From: a virus
Taxonomy: Duplodnaviria; Caudoviricetes
IMG/VR virus record: IMGVR_UViG_3300036828_000508
Span: 1-52,743 of that record
Length of the DNA: 52,743 nt
Direction: 5' to 3' (one strand)
Shown here: positions 37,789 through 48,180 of the stretch, one piece after another
Layout of the letters: each line of letters starts with the position of its first letter
Numbering within the stretch: position 1 is the first letter of the stretch
Program-made: the position numbers and the translations under genes
The notes under the pieces: model-generated
The model's input: only the letters and a program-made list of their open reading frames with translations
The model's database searches: none
What the model was told of the DNA's origin: nothing

Positions 37789-40521
37789 ATGGCTGAAGCT
37801 GAAGAACTAAAAGTCAGGATTGTCGCCGACGATCAGGCGTCGGGCGCTTTCGCGTCGCTGCGTCAAAATATTGAGTCGCTCAACACCGGCAGCACCAAGT
37901 CGCATTTGGAGGGCTTCAAGCGCTCGCAGCAGGAATTCGCCACGCAAATGAAAGGGCTGGCCGAAAGCGCCCTCCACGGCCAAGGTGCAATGTTCGGGAT
38001 GCTGCGCGTGCTCGGCCCGGTTGGCGTCGCTGTTGGGGTTCTCGGCGCGGCCGTGGTCGAAGCCGTATCGAAGATCAACACCTTGAGGCATGCAGCGGAC
38101 GCTATCGGGGCTGATCCAGCTAAGATGCGAAACGTGATCAAACAATTTGAGGACGTGGGCATCGCGGCGGAAGAGGCGAAAAAGAATGCCTTGGGGCTTG
38201 CCGAAGCCGGCGTGCAATTGAGCAACAGAATGTCCGCGAGCTACCAGAGCCTGATGGAAATAGCGGGCCCCCATGGCGCTCAAATGGAAGCTCTTATCAA
38301 TCGCTTTCTTAAAGCATCGAGCGGCGAAAGGCCGGGCATCGTTGCGCAGGCCGCTAAGAATACTTACGAAAACGAATTAAAAATCCAGGAGATAAGAGTC
38401 AAGAATGGACAGATATCGGAGGACCAGGCGCGAGAGAATGCGCAAAATTTGGCCAATCGAGTTGCGGGAGGTTTCGGCGAGACGCCGGAAGCATTGCGCC
38501 TAAAGCAAAGCAAGGAGCTGACGGACGAGTTGCTTGAGCAGCAACATTTAACGGACGAAGCGGCCAAGCGAATGGAAGACAACGCTGACAGACTCATCGC
38601 GAAGTTTCGGCAGCTTAACGCCGAAATATTTGGTGGCGTTATTCGGTTCCTTGGCACTCCGCCGGCTCCGCCGGACACCGCTACGCCGCCGCCGCATCGG
38701 GCACTGGGCGGTCCGGTCACCGGGGGGCAGCGGTATCTGGTCGGCGAGCGCGGCCCGGAGATGTTCACGCCGCATTCCGGCGGCAACATCGATGTCGGGG
38801 CCGATCCGTTTGGCGGCAGAACCACTGAAGAAAATACCAAAGTTACCGAGGAGAATACCAAAGAGCTGAAAATGCTCAACGATCACTTCGCCAAGCTCGA
38901 GCAGGGCGATATCAACGGCCCACTCGGCGGCGGCGGACGCGGCGGCGGCGGCGGCGGCGGAGGTGGCGGCGGCGGTGACAGCCCTAATGGCCCACAGTCG
39001 CCACAGTCGCCGGGGCCACAGTCGCCACAGTCACCGAGCCCACCGTCGCCACCAGAAGCGAATCAATCGTTCTTTGATCCGTTTACGGCGGCGGCCAAGA
39101 GCCAAGGCACGCTCGGCGGCGGCGGCCTCGATCCGTTCACGGCCGGGGTTAAGGGCCTTGGCGTGCTAAGCCCGGGATCGCGCGGTGGTGCGCCGAAGCC
39201 CGGCAGTGTGCCCGGCCCCGGTCCAGAATCAATCAGCGAGGCTACGGGCGCTACGGGCGCTGCGGGTGCTGCGGGCGGCGGTGCCAATGTCTACAATAAA
39301 TTGCTCGCGGCGTACAAAGCATCAGGATTAGTCGGCGTTGTTCCTCCTGACGGCGCGAAGTATGGGATCAAAACAGGCTCCGCCGAAGAATGGGCGCGGT
39401 TCGGCACGTCCGTCGCCCACGCCGAGTCAGGCTTCAATCCGAAGGCTACCAATCCCAAAGACACAGGCGGTTCATTTGGTGTTTTCCAATACAATCCTTC
39501 TCAAGTGCCGGGCGGAAATCCTTTTGACGTAGATGCTTCGGTCAAGGCATTTGTGAGAGATTCAGCTACCTCGATAAAGCAGGGTCGCGGCCTGCAAGGC
39601 GGATTACTCGGGGCACGATTTTCTACCATCGGAGCCCATCCGGGAAGCGTAGCCGAGCATATGGGCATTGCGAACCGTATCGCCGCTCAGGCGGCCGGCG
39701 GCGGCGCCCTGCCGCATTTAACTACAGCTGACATTGGCGCGCGGCTTGCGGGATCTGCTGGCGCTGCTAGCGCTGCTAGCGCTGCTGGCGCTGCTGGCAA
39801 TACCAGTGGCGATACCGGTTACGCAGGCGTTGGCCGCTATAACTTCATGGGCAGTCAGCTCGCAAAGCAAATGGGTTTCGGCGATGTGACACCCGGCAGT
39901 GCGGCGGCGCATCTGACTTTTCCGACTGGCATTCCTAAAGGGGAAGGCCCGCCGACAATTCAGGCAAACAAATATGCCGGTGCTGATATAGCGGGCTTTC
40001 TGAAAGATTTGCATGACGCTGGTGCTCCGCTCAAGAATTTCAGTGGCGTGTATAATGACAGGAGTAAGCGGGGCGGCGGCGGAGCGTCACAGCACGCCTA
40101 TGGCAATGCGCTCGATATCGAAACAGGATTTGGTCGGGGGCCGGACAACAGTCCTGCGTTGTATGCCTGGGCGCAGGCTCATCCTGAGGAATTTGCAGCA
40201 ATCCAGGCAAAGCATCACATGCGTAATCTGGATACGTCATCCGGCGCAAGCATGCACGATTGGGGACATTTTGAATGGACGCCTACTGGCGCCTCGGATA
40301 CAGCGACCGCTCATCGTGACGCGATCGACCGCAAATCGGTGCAGACCGTCAAGGTCGAGGGCAACGGCACGCTCACCGCAAACATCAGTGCGCCGCACGG
40401 CACCGACGTCTCGCTCGGCGGCACCGGCTTGTTTAAGAAAACTCAAATGAATCGCCAAGTGCAGATGGCGCCTGCAGCGACGGGGCCGGCGTTGGCGGCT
40501 GCGGATGGGCTTGGTCTTTGA
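37789..40521 (+). CDS. Tape-measure-like protein with lytic transglycosylase and M15-type peptidase domains
   Basis: Helical N-terminus, YLVGERGPE; AESGFNP...GVFQ; SQHAYGNALDI...DWGHFE. Confidence 0.8.
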   Translation: MAEAEELKVRIVADDQASGAFASLRQNIESLNTGSTKSHLEGFKRSQQEFATQMKGLAESALHGQGAMFGMLRVLGPVGVAVGVLGAAVVEAVSKINTLRHAADAIGADPAKMRNVIKQFEDVGIAAEEAKKNALGLAEAGVQLSNRMSASYQSLMEIAGPHGAQMEALINRFLKASSGERPGIVAQAAKNTYENELKIQEIRVKNGQISEDQARENAQNLANRVAGGFGETPEALRLKQSKELTDELLEQQHLTDEAAKRMEDNADRLIAKFRQLNAEIFGGVIRFLGTPPAPPDTATPPPHRALGGPVTGGQRYLVGERGPEMFTPHSGGNIDVGADPFGGRTTEENTKVTEENTKELKMLNDHFAKLEQGDINGPLGGGGRGGGGGGGGGGGGDSPNGPQSPQSPGPQSPQSPSPPSPPEANQSFFDPFTAAAKSQGTLGGGGLDPFTAGVKGLGVLSPGSRGGAPKPGSVPGPGPESISEATGATGAAGAAGGGANVYNKLLAAYKASGLVGVVPPDGAKYGIKTGSAEEWARFGTSVAHAESGFNPKATNPKDTGGSFGVFQYNPSQVPGGNPFDVDASVKAFVRDSATSIKQGRGLQGGLLGARFSTIGAHPGSVAEHMGIANRIAAQAAGGGALPHLTTADIGARLAGSAGAASAASAAGAAGNTSGDTGYAGVGRYNFMGSQLAKQMGFGDVTPGSAAAHLTFPTGIPKGEGPPTIQANKYAGADIAGFLKDLHDAGAPLKNFSGVYNDRSKRGGGGASQHAYGNALDIETGFGRGPDNSPALYAWAQAHPEEFAAIQAKHHMRNLDTSSGASMHDWGHFEWTPTGASDTATAHRDAIDRKSVQTVKVEGNGTLTANISAPHGTDVSLGGTGLFKKTQMNRQVQMAPAATGPALAAADGLGL

Positions 40522-41750
40522 TGGTCGACCTTCCCGAAATCGAGATTACGGCGCCGAAATCGAGCGAGGTTGTTAAGCCGGACCCGAGTACTCAGAGCGG
40601 CACGTCCAACGTTCCCGGCACGCAGTTTGCGGTGCCAACACGACCAGCGGATGCGCAAGGCCCGCTCGACGAGGCAACCATTATTGCCGGCGGAATAGAT
40701 TTCAAGGATTGGGAAAGCGTATGGGTGCAGATTGCATATACCGAGCCCTTTCCGTTGTTTCGCTTTACCTCGGTCGAGCGCTTGACGCAGATCGGATATT
40801 ATCCGCAATTCATGCCCGGCGAGCAGGTGATCATCAAGCTTGGCGGCGCCACGGTCGTAAACGGATTTATCCTCACCCGCCAAGTCGCTTACGACGCCAA
40901 CCGGCACGGCATCGAACTTTTCGGCGCCGGCTACACCGAGCCGTGGAGCAGATCGAGCATCTATAACGAGACCGGCAACTATGACGGCATGAGTTTTGAG
41001 CAGGCCGCACGCAAGGCCATGAAGGGCTTCCCGGTCGATCTCAAGGTTATCGGCACGCTTGACGCCACGCCATTTGACAAGCTGCAGCATCAGCCTGGCG
41101 AAAGGCTTTGGGATTTCATGGAACGCATTGCGCGACCGTGCGGCGTCATTATGGGATCCGACCCGTTCGGTAGTTTTCTGGCGATCGGCGACCACGGTTT
41201 TCCGGTCGTCAACACCAATCTGATCGAGGGCCAGAACATTAAAAAATGTCAGTATTCGCTGACGATGAAGCACCTCTATCAAGTGGCCCAGGTCAACGCT
41301 CAGGCCCCGGCATCCGATGACAATTCCGGCACAGCGGCCAGCCAGCTTACTGGCAAATGGGGTGGCACTGGAATTCCCGGCACCATCAATATCACGCCGG
41401 CCGATCAGCCGGTAAAAACCCTGGCGGAAGTTATTCAGCGCGCAAAGAACGAAAGTAAATGGCTCGAAGGCACTTATTTGGACATATCAATTACGGTGCA
41501 GGGTTGGTATCGCGATCCGGTCTCGCTGTGGTGGCCGCTGACCAATGTTCTGATCGATAGCCCGATGCTGCCGTTCAAGGACGTCCTGAAAATCCATACC
41601 GTGACTTTCACGCAGGACAGTCAAAACGGCACGCAAACGCAGATCGATTTCAAGCTGCCTTGGGCGCTCAATGATCAACATGCCGATGTCAGCACTCCGA
41701 TGCCGACGGCGCCAACGCCCAGTCAAGCGATGCAGCCGGTACCTGATTAA
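40518..41750 (+). CDS. Mu gpP-like baseplate hub protein
   Basis: DWESVWV, PGERLWDFMERIAR, ITVQGW. Confidence 0.8.
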   Translation: MMVDLPEIEITAPKSSEVVKPDPSTQSGTSNVPGTQFAVPTRPADAQGPLDEATIIAGGIDFKDWESVWVQIAYTEPFPLFRFTSVERLTQIGYYPQFMPGEQVIIKLGGATVVNGFILTRQVAYDANRHGIELFGAGYTEPWSRSSIYNETGNYDGMSFEQAARKAMKGFPVDLKVIGTLDATPFDKLQHQPGERLWDFMERIARPCGVIMGSDPFGSFLAIGDHGFPVVNTNLIEGQNIKKCQYSLTMKHLYQVAQVNAQAPASDDNSGTAASQLTGKWGGTGIPGTINITPADQPVKTLAEVIQRAKNESKWLEGTYLDISITVQGWYRDPVSLWWPLTNVLIDSPMLPFKDVLKIHTVTFTQDSQNGTQTQIDFKLPWALNDQHADVSTPMPTAPTPSQAMQPVPD

Positions 41751-41755
41751 ACTCG

Positions 41756-42316
41756 ATGGACATTCGCGATCTTCATAATCCCTGGCGCGATGCGTTGCGG
41801 CCGGCGTCGTTTCGTAATGCGCATTTTCACTGCGAAGTTGGCCGCCGCGAAAATGGCCGCCGCGTCGTGGTTCACGAGTTTCCAAAAAAGAGTGCGCCCT
41901 ACGCTGAAGACATGGGGCGCCGTGCCAAGACCTTTACGGTGCGGGCTTATTGTATTCAGTACCCGACTAATCTCGGGCAAATCCAAATTGCCGGCGTCGG
42001 CACTATCGGGCTGCCGGGCTTCGAGCTGTTCCTGAAAGATTACCGCATTGCGCGCGATTTGCTGATCGCTGCACTGGAAAGCTACGGGGCCGGCAATCTG
42101 CAGCTGCCTAGCCTGCCTGCCGAGTCGGTTCTGGTCACACGCTACAGCTTGACCGAGGAGCAAAAGTTTGGCGGCTACTGCACATTCGATATTGAATTTG
42201 CCGAGGCTGGGTTCCCACCGCAGTATTTTTCGACCAATACGCCGCAGACTGTAAACAGTGCCGCCAGCACCGTGCAACAAAATGCTGCCAACAGCATCGA
42301 TCAAATTCCGCTATGA
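41756..42316 (+). CDS. Mu gpN-like DNA circularization protein, N-terminal domain
   Basis: WRDALRPASFR, GRRVVVHEFP, EDMGR. Confidence 0.85.
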   Translation: MDIRDLHNPWRDALRPASFRNAHFHCEVGRRENGRRVVVHEFPKKSAPYAEDMGRRAKTFTVRAYCIQYPTNLGQIQIAGVGTIGLPGFELFLKDYRIARDLLIAALESYGAGNLQLPSLPAESVLVTRYSLTEEQKFGGYCTFDIEFAEAGFPPQYFSTNTPQTVNSAASTVQQNAANSIDQIPL

Positions 42317-42993
42317 ACAAAGCCGACATCAACGAGGCGGTGCCAATCATCGAGCGGCTGTGTCAGCACTTGAGCAGCATCATTGTTGACAAAGCCGACG
42401 CCGGCGTGGCGGCGCGGACCGCGCTCGGTCAAGTCACCGCTTACGCCTCAACATTATGCTGGAACAATACCATTGGCGCATCGCTCAATAACTGTTTCGA
42501 TTTGGTGCGGCGGGCCAGCTGCACTTGGAGTCAGATGGACCAGGTGCGTGTTGCCTTGACGGTCGAGAAGGCGGTGACCATCGGCGGCATCGCGGTGCGC
42601 GACTACAGCATTCAATTGGCACTGGCGCAGATCAGCCGGATTGCCGTGGCGATGACCTTTGTAAGCCGCCAGGACGTTGATGTTTTGATTACGGCATTGC
42701 AGCCGTCATTTATTGCCGCCGAAGAGACTGCAGCCGACACCATGGATTCAATGATCTATCGCGGGATGATTGAGCTGCACGGCGCCTTGATCAACTTCCT
42801 AGTGCAATCGGCGCGGCCGTTGCCGCAAATGCTGAATTATCGGTTTGCCGAAGTGTTGCCGAGCCTCGTCATATCGCAGCGGCTCTATGGCGATGCCAGC
42901 CGCTACGACGAGATCAGAAACGAAAACAAGATCGTGCACCCGGCATTCTGCCCAACCGACGGCGCCGCATTGGCGCCGCTGCCACCATCGTAA
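42313..42993 (+). CDS. Mu gpN C-terminal-like protein
   Basis: LPSLVISQRLYGDASRYDEIRNENKIVHPAF. Confidence 0.7.
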   Translation: MNKADINEAVPIIERLCQHLSSIIVDKADAGVAARTALGQVTAYASTLCWNNTIGASLNNCFDLVRRASCTWSQMDQVRVALTVEKAVTIGGIAVRDYSIQLALAQISRIAVAMTFVSRQDVDVLITALQPSFIAAEETAADTMDSMIYRGMIELHGALINFLVQSARPLPQMLNYRFAEVLPSLVISQRLYGDASRYDEIRNENKIVHPAFCPTDGAALAPLPPS

Positions 42994-43003
42994 AGGAAAG
43001 CTC

Positions 43004-43777
43004 ATGCACCGCGCGACGCCAGCGAATTCGTCGTTCCGCGCCTATGTCTCCGGTGGCGCTCGAGCTACCGTCAACAGCGTTGACGACAGCAAGTTGATGC
43101 AGGAACACGCCAGCGACTTCATGATCAATGAGTCGCGCAGCGCGATTGAGAGTCCGCAGAATTACGGCTTCACCAGCGTAGTCACCGACGCGACCAAGGA
43201 TGCCATGGGCAACGTCACCGGTTGCGCCGAAACCTTTATCAGTTTCATGGGCGGCAATCGCAGCTTCCCGGTCGCCGGCAATATGGATGACCGGCGCCAC
43301 CGGCTGATCAATTTGATCAAGGGCGATGTGGCGATGTTCCGCCAGGTCGCGGACAAGCTGCAATTCCATCTGTCCGGCGACGGCGGCTTTCTGACCGGAC
43401 CGCGCGACAAGGTGGTGCGCATGCAGTTGCTCGACGAGGACAGCGGGCAACAGCAGCAGCAGCAGCCGCAATCGCCGCAGCAGCGCGACGCCTCGTCGGG
43501 CCAGAGTTCGAGCAGCTCGTCGAGCGGCGGGCAGCAGCAGAAAGGCCAGCAAGCGCGATATAAGGATGCGCAAAAATCCTATCGCTTTGTTCACGTTACC
43601 CAGGACGCGACCGAGGCCGGCGGCACCAATGTCAAGCTCAAGCTGCAGGACGGCAACGGTTACGTCCATGTTGCCAGCGACCAAAACGTCTACCTCGGCG
43701 CTGAGAGCAGCAAAGCCAAATTTGCCCTGGTGGTCACGCTCGCGGGGCCGGCCAAAAATACCAAAGCCAAGATTTAA
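43004..43777 (+). CDS. Mu gp45-like baseplate assembly/spike protein
   Basis: QNYGFTS, GGNRS, DDRRHR, GDVAM. Confidence 0.8.
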   Translation: MHRATPANSSFRAYVSGGARATVNSVDDSKLMQEHASDFMINESRSAIESPQNYGFTSVVTDATKDAMGNVTGCAETFISFMGGNRSFPVAGNMDDRRHRLINLIKGDVAMFRQVADKLQFHLSGDGGFLTGPRDKVVRMQLLDEDSGQQQQQQPQSPQQRDASSGQSSSSSSSGGQQQKGQQARYKDAQKSYRFVHVTQDATEAGGTNVKLKLQDGNGYVHVASDQNVYLGAESSKAKFALVVTLAGPAKNTKAKI

Positions 43778-43789
43778 TGGGCGTCGAGC

Positions 43790-44335
43790 ATGTCGTATTT
43801 TTTGCCGTATCCGTCGCCGCCAACACTGCCAGCGCCGCCGGATATTCGCATCGTTCAAAACAATCAGTTTCCGGCGTATTCGGTTCAGCTCGATTGGCAG
43901 CTGCTGGGCGACGGCTCGCTCGACGACAGCCGGGCCTTGGCGACTGCGGTCGCGGTGGCGCTCGGCACCGATGCCTTGGCGTCCGTTGACGACCTGTTGC
44001 CCGATCCGGATTCCGATGATCGGCTGGGCTGGTGGGGCGACATGGATGCCGACACGATCTGGAATGGCTGGCCGATTGGCACCAAGCTCTGGCTGTTGCG
44101 CCGCAGCGCGATCTTGCCGCCCGATGCCAAGCGCGGTGCGACCCAGGTGTGGGCCAATGATTATATCTACAACGCCATTCAGCCGTTCATTGATCAAAAA
44201 ATCGCTTCAAGTTTCGAGATCGTTTCAGTCCGCGTCGACAAACAGCGCATCGATGCGATGATCCGCCTTTATCGCGGGCCGATGACAGCAGTGCAATTGA
44301 TGTATCAGGTGCTCTGGCAAGGGATGAGGCCCTGA
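43790..44335 (+). CDS. Mu gp46-like baseplate protein
   Basis: GWWGD, IGTKLWLLRR. Confidence 0.85.
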   Translation: MSYFLPYPSPPTLPAPPDIRIVQNNQFPAYSVQLDWQLLGDGSLDDSRALATAVAVALGTDALASVDDLLPDPDSDDRLGWWGDMDADTIWNGWPIGTKLWLLRRSAILPPDAKRGATQVWANDYIYNAIQPFIDQKIASSFEIVSVRVDKQRIDAMIRLYRGPMTAVQLMYQVLWQGMRP

Positions 44336-45411
44336 TGCCTTGGAGCACTCCTAGTCTGACTGACGTTCGCAGTCTGGTGCGCGACTCGATCCATGCGTCG
44401 CTGCCTGGCTCGGACGCAACGATCCCGAATAGCGTTCTCCGGGTGCTCAGCGACAGTCAGGGCGCGCTATGTTTTCTCACACTGGAATATATTGACTGGC
44501 TGTCGCTGCAACTTTTGCCGGACACCGCTGAGACGGTTTGGCTCGACCGCCATGGCCAGATCTGGCTGGTTAATTCGGACGGCACCACCGGGCGCAAGCA
44601 AGCCACCATGGCCGCCGGGACGGTGCTGGTGACCGGAACCATTGGCAGCATCGTGCCGGTCGCCAGCTTGCTCAGCGGCGGCACCGGTATTGATTATCAA
44701 ACGACACAGCAAGCCGTGGTCGGCAACGGCCCGACTCCGGCGTCAGTCATTGCGCTGGATGCTGGCACGCAAGGCAATCAGCTCGGCGGCACGCCATTGA
44801 GTTTTGCCGTGCCGCCGATCGGCGTCGACACCCTGGCGACGGTCGAGGAGATGACCGGCGGCGTTGATACGGAAACCGATGACGAGCTGCGGGCGCGGAT
44901 CCTGCAGCGCATTCAACAGCCGCCGATGGGCGGCGATGCCGACGACTATGTGCAATGGGCGCTGGCGGTGCCGGGAGTAACACGCGCCTGGTGCTTCCCG
45001 CAGGAAATGGGCATGGGCACCTGTTCGGTGAGATTTATGATGGACGATCTGCGCGCCGAAAACGGCGGCTTTCCGTTGCCCGACGATGTCGCCGCCGTCG
45101 CCGCCTATATCAACAGCGTGCGGCCGGTGACAGTCAAAGACATGTTTGTCGAGGCGCCAATTCCTTATCCGATCAATGTGCAGATCAGTTATCTCGATAT
45201 CGACACACAGTCGACACACGGCGCCATCGAACAAAGCTTACTCAATGAATTCCTGTTGCGGTCGATGCCGGGGCAGACCTGGTATCGCGCCTGGACCGAT
45301 CAGGGCATCATGAACGCCGCCGGCGTCAACGCCTACGCGATGATTGGCGGCGACGTGCCGATGCCGAGCAACGGCTTCATGGGCGTTCTCGGGGATATAG
45401 TTTATGTCTAA
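44335..45411 (+). CDS. Baseplate J / Mu gp47 protein
   Basis: LPDTAE..WLDRHG, GGVDTETDDELRAR, DYVQWALAVPGVTRAW. Confidence 0.92.
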   Translation: MPWSTPSLTDVRSLVRDSIHASLPGSDATIPNSVLRVLSDSQGALCFLTLEYIDWLSLQLLPDTAETVWLDRHGQIWLVNSDGTTGRKQATMAAGTVLVTGTIGSIVPVASLLSGGTGIDYQTTQQAVVGNGPTPASVIALDAGTQGNQLGGTPLSFAVPPIGVDTLATVEEMTGGVDTETDDELRARILQRIQQPPMGGDADDYVQWALAVPGVTRAWCFPQEMGMGTCSVRFMMDDLRAENGGFPLPDDVAAVAAYINSVRPVTVKDMFVEAPIPYPINVQISYLDIDTQSTHGAIEQSLLNEFLLRSMPGQTWYRAWTDQGIMNAAGVNAYAMIGGDVPMPSNGFMGVLGDIVYV

Positions 45412-46141
45412 CCAGCCGCCGGATCGCCATGTGCGGCGATTGGGGGGTGACTACGCACAAGCCTTTCTCGCGCTGTTGCCGTGGGGCCAGGCGTGGCCGC
45501 GCTATCCCGGCAGCACGCTGGTGCTCACCTGCGAAGGTCTGGCTAACTACTGGGGCTTCGTCGATGGCCGCGCCGCCGATCTGCTCGAAGTCGAATCCGA
45601 CCCGCGTCTGACTATCGAGCTGCTGCCGGATTGGGAACGTAATTGGGGATTGCCCGATCCGTGCCTAAAGGATCCGCCAACCGCATACGACGAACGGCGC
45701 CGCGCGTTGGTCGCCAAGATGACGCTGCTCGGTGCGCAATCGCGGGCGTTCTTTCTCGCGGCAGCGGCAGCGCTCGGTTACGGCAACATCACGATCACCG
45801 AGCTGGCGCCGTATATGTGCGGCGTATCGCGCTGCGGCGATACCAGGGGTGCTTTCAATCCAGATGATCCGACGCATTTTTATTGGACGCTGGGACCGCC
45901 GCAAAATCGCTATTACTGGACCGTTCATGTCAGCTCGCTGGCGCTGCGCTATTTCCACTGCAACAGCAGCCAATGCGGCATTGATCGATTGCTGGCGATC
46001 GCCTTGGCCACCGATCTTGAGTGCGTTCTTAATCGCTGGAAGCCGGCTCATACCAAGATCGTCTATGACTACAGCGCGTATATGGCGCTAGATTTTACCC
46101 AATTGTTCAACACGCAATATCTCGCTTTAGGGATCATGTGA
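45404..46141 (+). CDS. Mu gp48/YmfQ-like baseplate protein
   Basis: LLPWGQAW, LLPDWERNWGLPD, LEC...KPAHT. Confidence 0.88.
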   Translation: MSNQPPDRHVRRLGGDYAQAFLALLPWGQAWPRYPGSTLVLTCEGLANYWGFVDGRAADLLEVESDPRLTIELLPDWERNWGLPDPCLKDPPTAYDERRRALVAKMTLLGAQSRAFFLAAAAALGYGNITITELAPYMCGVSRCGDTRGAFNPDDPTHFYWTLGPPQNRYYWTVHVSSLALRYFHCNSSQCGIDRLLAIALATDLECVLNRWKPAHTKIVYDYSAYMALDFTQLFNTQYLALGIM

Positions 46142-46824
46142 TGGCTGACAACAAGCAAATCAAAGACGGCCTTGGCAACGTCTTTACAATCAGGATGCGC
46201 GACATCTCCGCGGCCGGTGACGGCAGTGTGCAGCGCTCGATGATCCTGACGTCGCCCTATCCGCTCGATTACGGGCCGGGCGGTGAGTATCAGCACTATG
46301 CCGCGAGCGGCGTCATGGCGGCGGCGATGCCGGACAATTCGCCGATCTATGCTTTCCGTTGGCCAGTCTCGACGATGTATGCGCTGATCTGGCGGGTCAA
46401 AGTTACCGCATGGAGCGTGACGGCTTTTGCCGGTGGCTTTGTCGCTTTCAACATCTATGCCGCGCGCAGCTTCACCGCGATTGGCTCTGGTGGATTGGCC
46501 GCCGATCTGAGCGGCAATAACAACAAGCTGCGCACCTCGATGGCCTCGTCGGCGTCCAGCATTGCTTATTCCAATACTGGCGGCATGACGCCTGGCACTC
46601 GCACGCTCGACGCCGCGCCGATGGACTCCTGGGTCGCACCCGCAACCGCCGCAGGCGTGCCGTTCCTCGATAGTCCGATGGTTATTTTTGACAAACAACT
46701 CGGCGAGCAGCACCCGTTGTTGCTGGCACAAAACGAGGGTTTTGTCGTCACCGCCAAGGTGCCGAACGACGGCACTTGGAGTTTCGGCGTGACTACGCGG
46801 TGGGACGAACTTTCAAACTATTGA
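46141..46824 (+). CDS. Hypothetical tail-region protein
   Basis: Operon packing. Confidence 0.6.
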   Translation: MADNKQIKDGLGNVFTIRMRDISAAGDGSVQRSMILTSPYPLDYGPGGEYQHYAASGVMAAAMPDNSPIYAFRWPVSTMYALIWRVKVTAWSVTAFAGGFVAFNIYAARSFTAIGSGGLAADLSGNNNKLRTSMASSASSIAYSNTGGMTPGTRTLDAAPMDSWVAPATAAGVPFLDSPMVIFDKQLGEQHPLLLAQNEGFVVTAKVPNDGTWSFGVTTRWDELSNY

Positions 46825-46833
46825 GGACATGCC

Positions 46834-48168
46834 ATGCTATACAATGGGCCATTAGATCAGCCGTCAAATCCCAACGCGCCCTATATCGACGGCAATCCGG
46901 CAGCCGGCATCGAAGGCTCGATTGTGCCGGCAGCGCAATGCGAATTCCCGCAGCGTGAGATCATCGAAGTCATCAACCAAGCCAATCTGCGCGGCTATAG
47001 TGATTTTGCTGGCGTGCCATGCCCGTCGCCGTCCAATGCCGATCTGGTGCAATTGCGCAAGGCGATCGAGGGCTACATCACCGACTGGCAATTTTTAATC
47101 ACGACTTATGTCACCTTCAAGGTGCACGGTCCTGGCGCTGATTTTTCTGATCTGAACGCGGCGATGGTCTATCTGAGCAAATATAAGATTACGTCGACGG
47201 GCCACGTGACGCTGCAGATGGCCGGCGCAACGAGCGGCCTCGCTCAGGTCTTTACTTACAGTCAGCCCATCCTTTTCGATCATCCAAACAACGATCGCAT
47301 CTCGCTGCTGGGCGCGCCGATGCTCGGCGCCTTGACCCCGGACGACAGCGGCTATGCCTGGAGTGGTCCGAGCGCTGCGCAGCGCCAAGCTGACACGGCC
47401 ACTAACTTGCAAACATTGCGGGGTAAGTTTGCCACCGAATTGCACTTCCCGGGCCTAACAGCTCCCGTCGGCATAACAATCAATGGTCAGATGCTGGCCG
47501 ATTTTGATGGCCTGCTGCTGACCAGCGACGGGGCGAATGCCGGGTCAGCAGGCGTCAGTTTCCGCTGCTTGGGATATTTCAACTCGTCCGTGACGCGGCC
47601 AATGATGGGAATGGCCGCTGTTAGTTTTGCATATGGTTTTAATTTTGACACGGGCGCGGCCATATCGAATTATGCAACTGGCAGCAATTCGTCGCCGGTT
47701 GCCAACGCAACGTGGCTGGCGATCGGCTGCAGCCAGATGGGCATCATCATCGGCAACGGCTCTTTTTTCTGCACAGTGCATAATCTCATCTGCCTGAGTA
47801 ATGTGAATGGCGGCTTCTGGGTCTATCCCCGCGGCGGTTGTCAGATCGATGCCCCGGTCTTCTGCAACGCCAATGCTCAATGGGGAATAACAGCCGATTT
47901 CGCGTCGAACGTCTTTCTCGGCTCAGGAACTTTTGGACTGCCGGGATATTTTTCGCACTGTTACCGCAATGGTAATTGGGGAATTTTTGCCAATCAGAGC
48001 AACGTGACATTTGCGGGCGACTTTGGCGGCGCCGGATATCAAAATGCTTCTGGTAGCTGCTACGCTCAGGATAATTCATCTATCGCACTCTACAACTCAA
48101 TCAACGTCGGGACGTGCTCCCCGGCCTTCGGCGTCCTCGGCAACAACGCCGCTATGATAAGTGGCTAA
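46834..48168 (+). CDS. Tail fibre/spike protein, probable beta-helix C-terminus
   Basis: YIDGNPAAGIEGS...PQREI anchor; Asn/Gly-rich repeats. Confidence 0.7.
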   Translation: MLYNGPLDQPSNPNAPYIDGNPAAGIEGSIVPAAQCEFPQREIIEVINQANLRGYSDFAGVPCPSPSNADLVQLRKAIEGYITDWQFLITTYVTFKVHGPGADFSDLNAAMVYLSKYKITSTGHVTLQMAGATSGLAQVFTYSQPILFDHPNNDRISLLGAPMLGALTPDDSGYAWSGPSAAQRQADTATNLQTLRGKFATELHFPGLTAPVGITINGQMLADFDGLLLTSDGANAGSAGVSFRCLGYFNSSVTRPMMGMAAVSFAYGFNFDTGAAISNYATGSNSSPVANATWLAIGCSQMGIIIGNGSFFCTVHNLICLSNVNGGFWVYPRGGCQIDAPVFCNANAQWGITADFASNVFLGSGTFGLPGYFSHCYRNGNWGIFANQSNVTFAGDFGGAGYQNASGSCYAQDNSSIALYNSINVGTCSPAFGVLGNNAAMISG

Positions 48169-48180
48169 GGGGGATATGGG

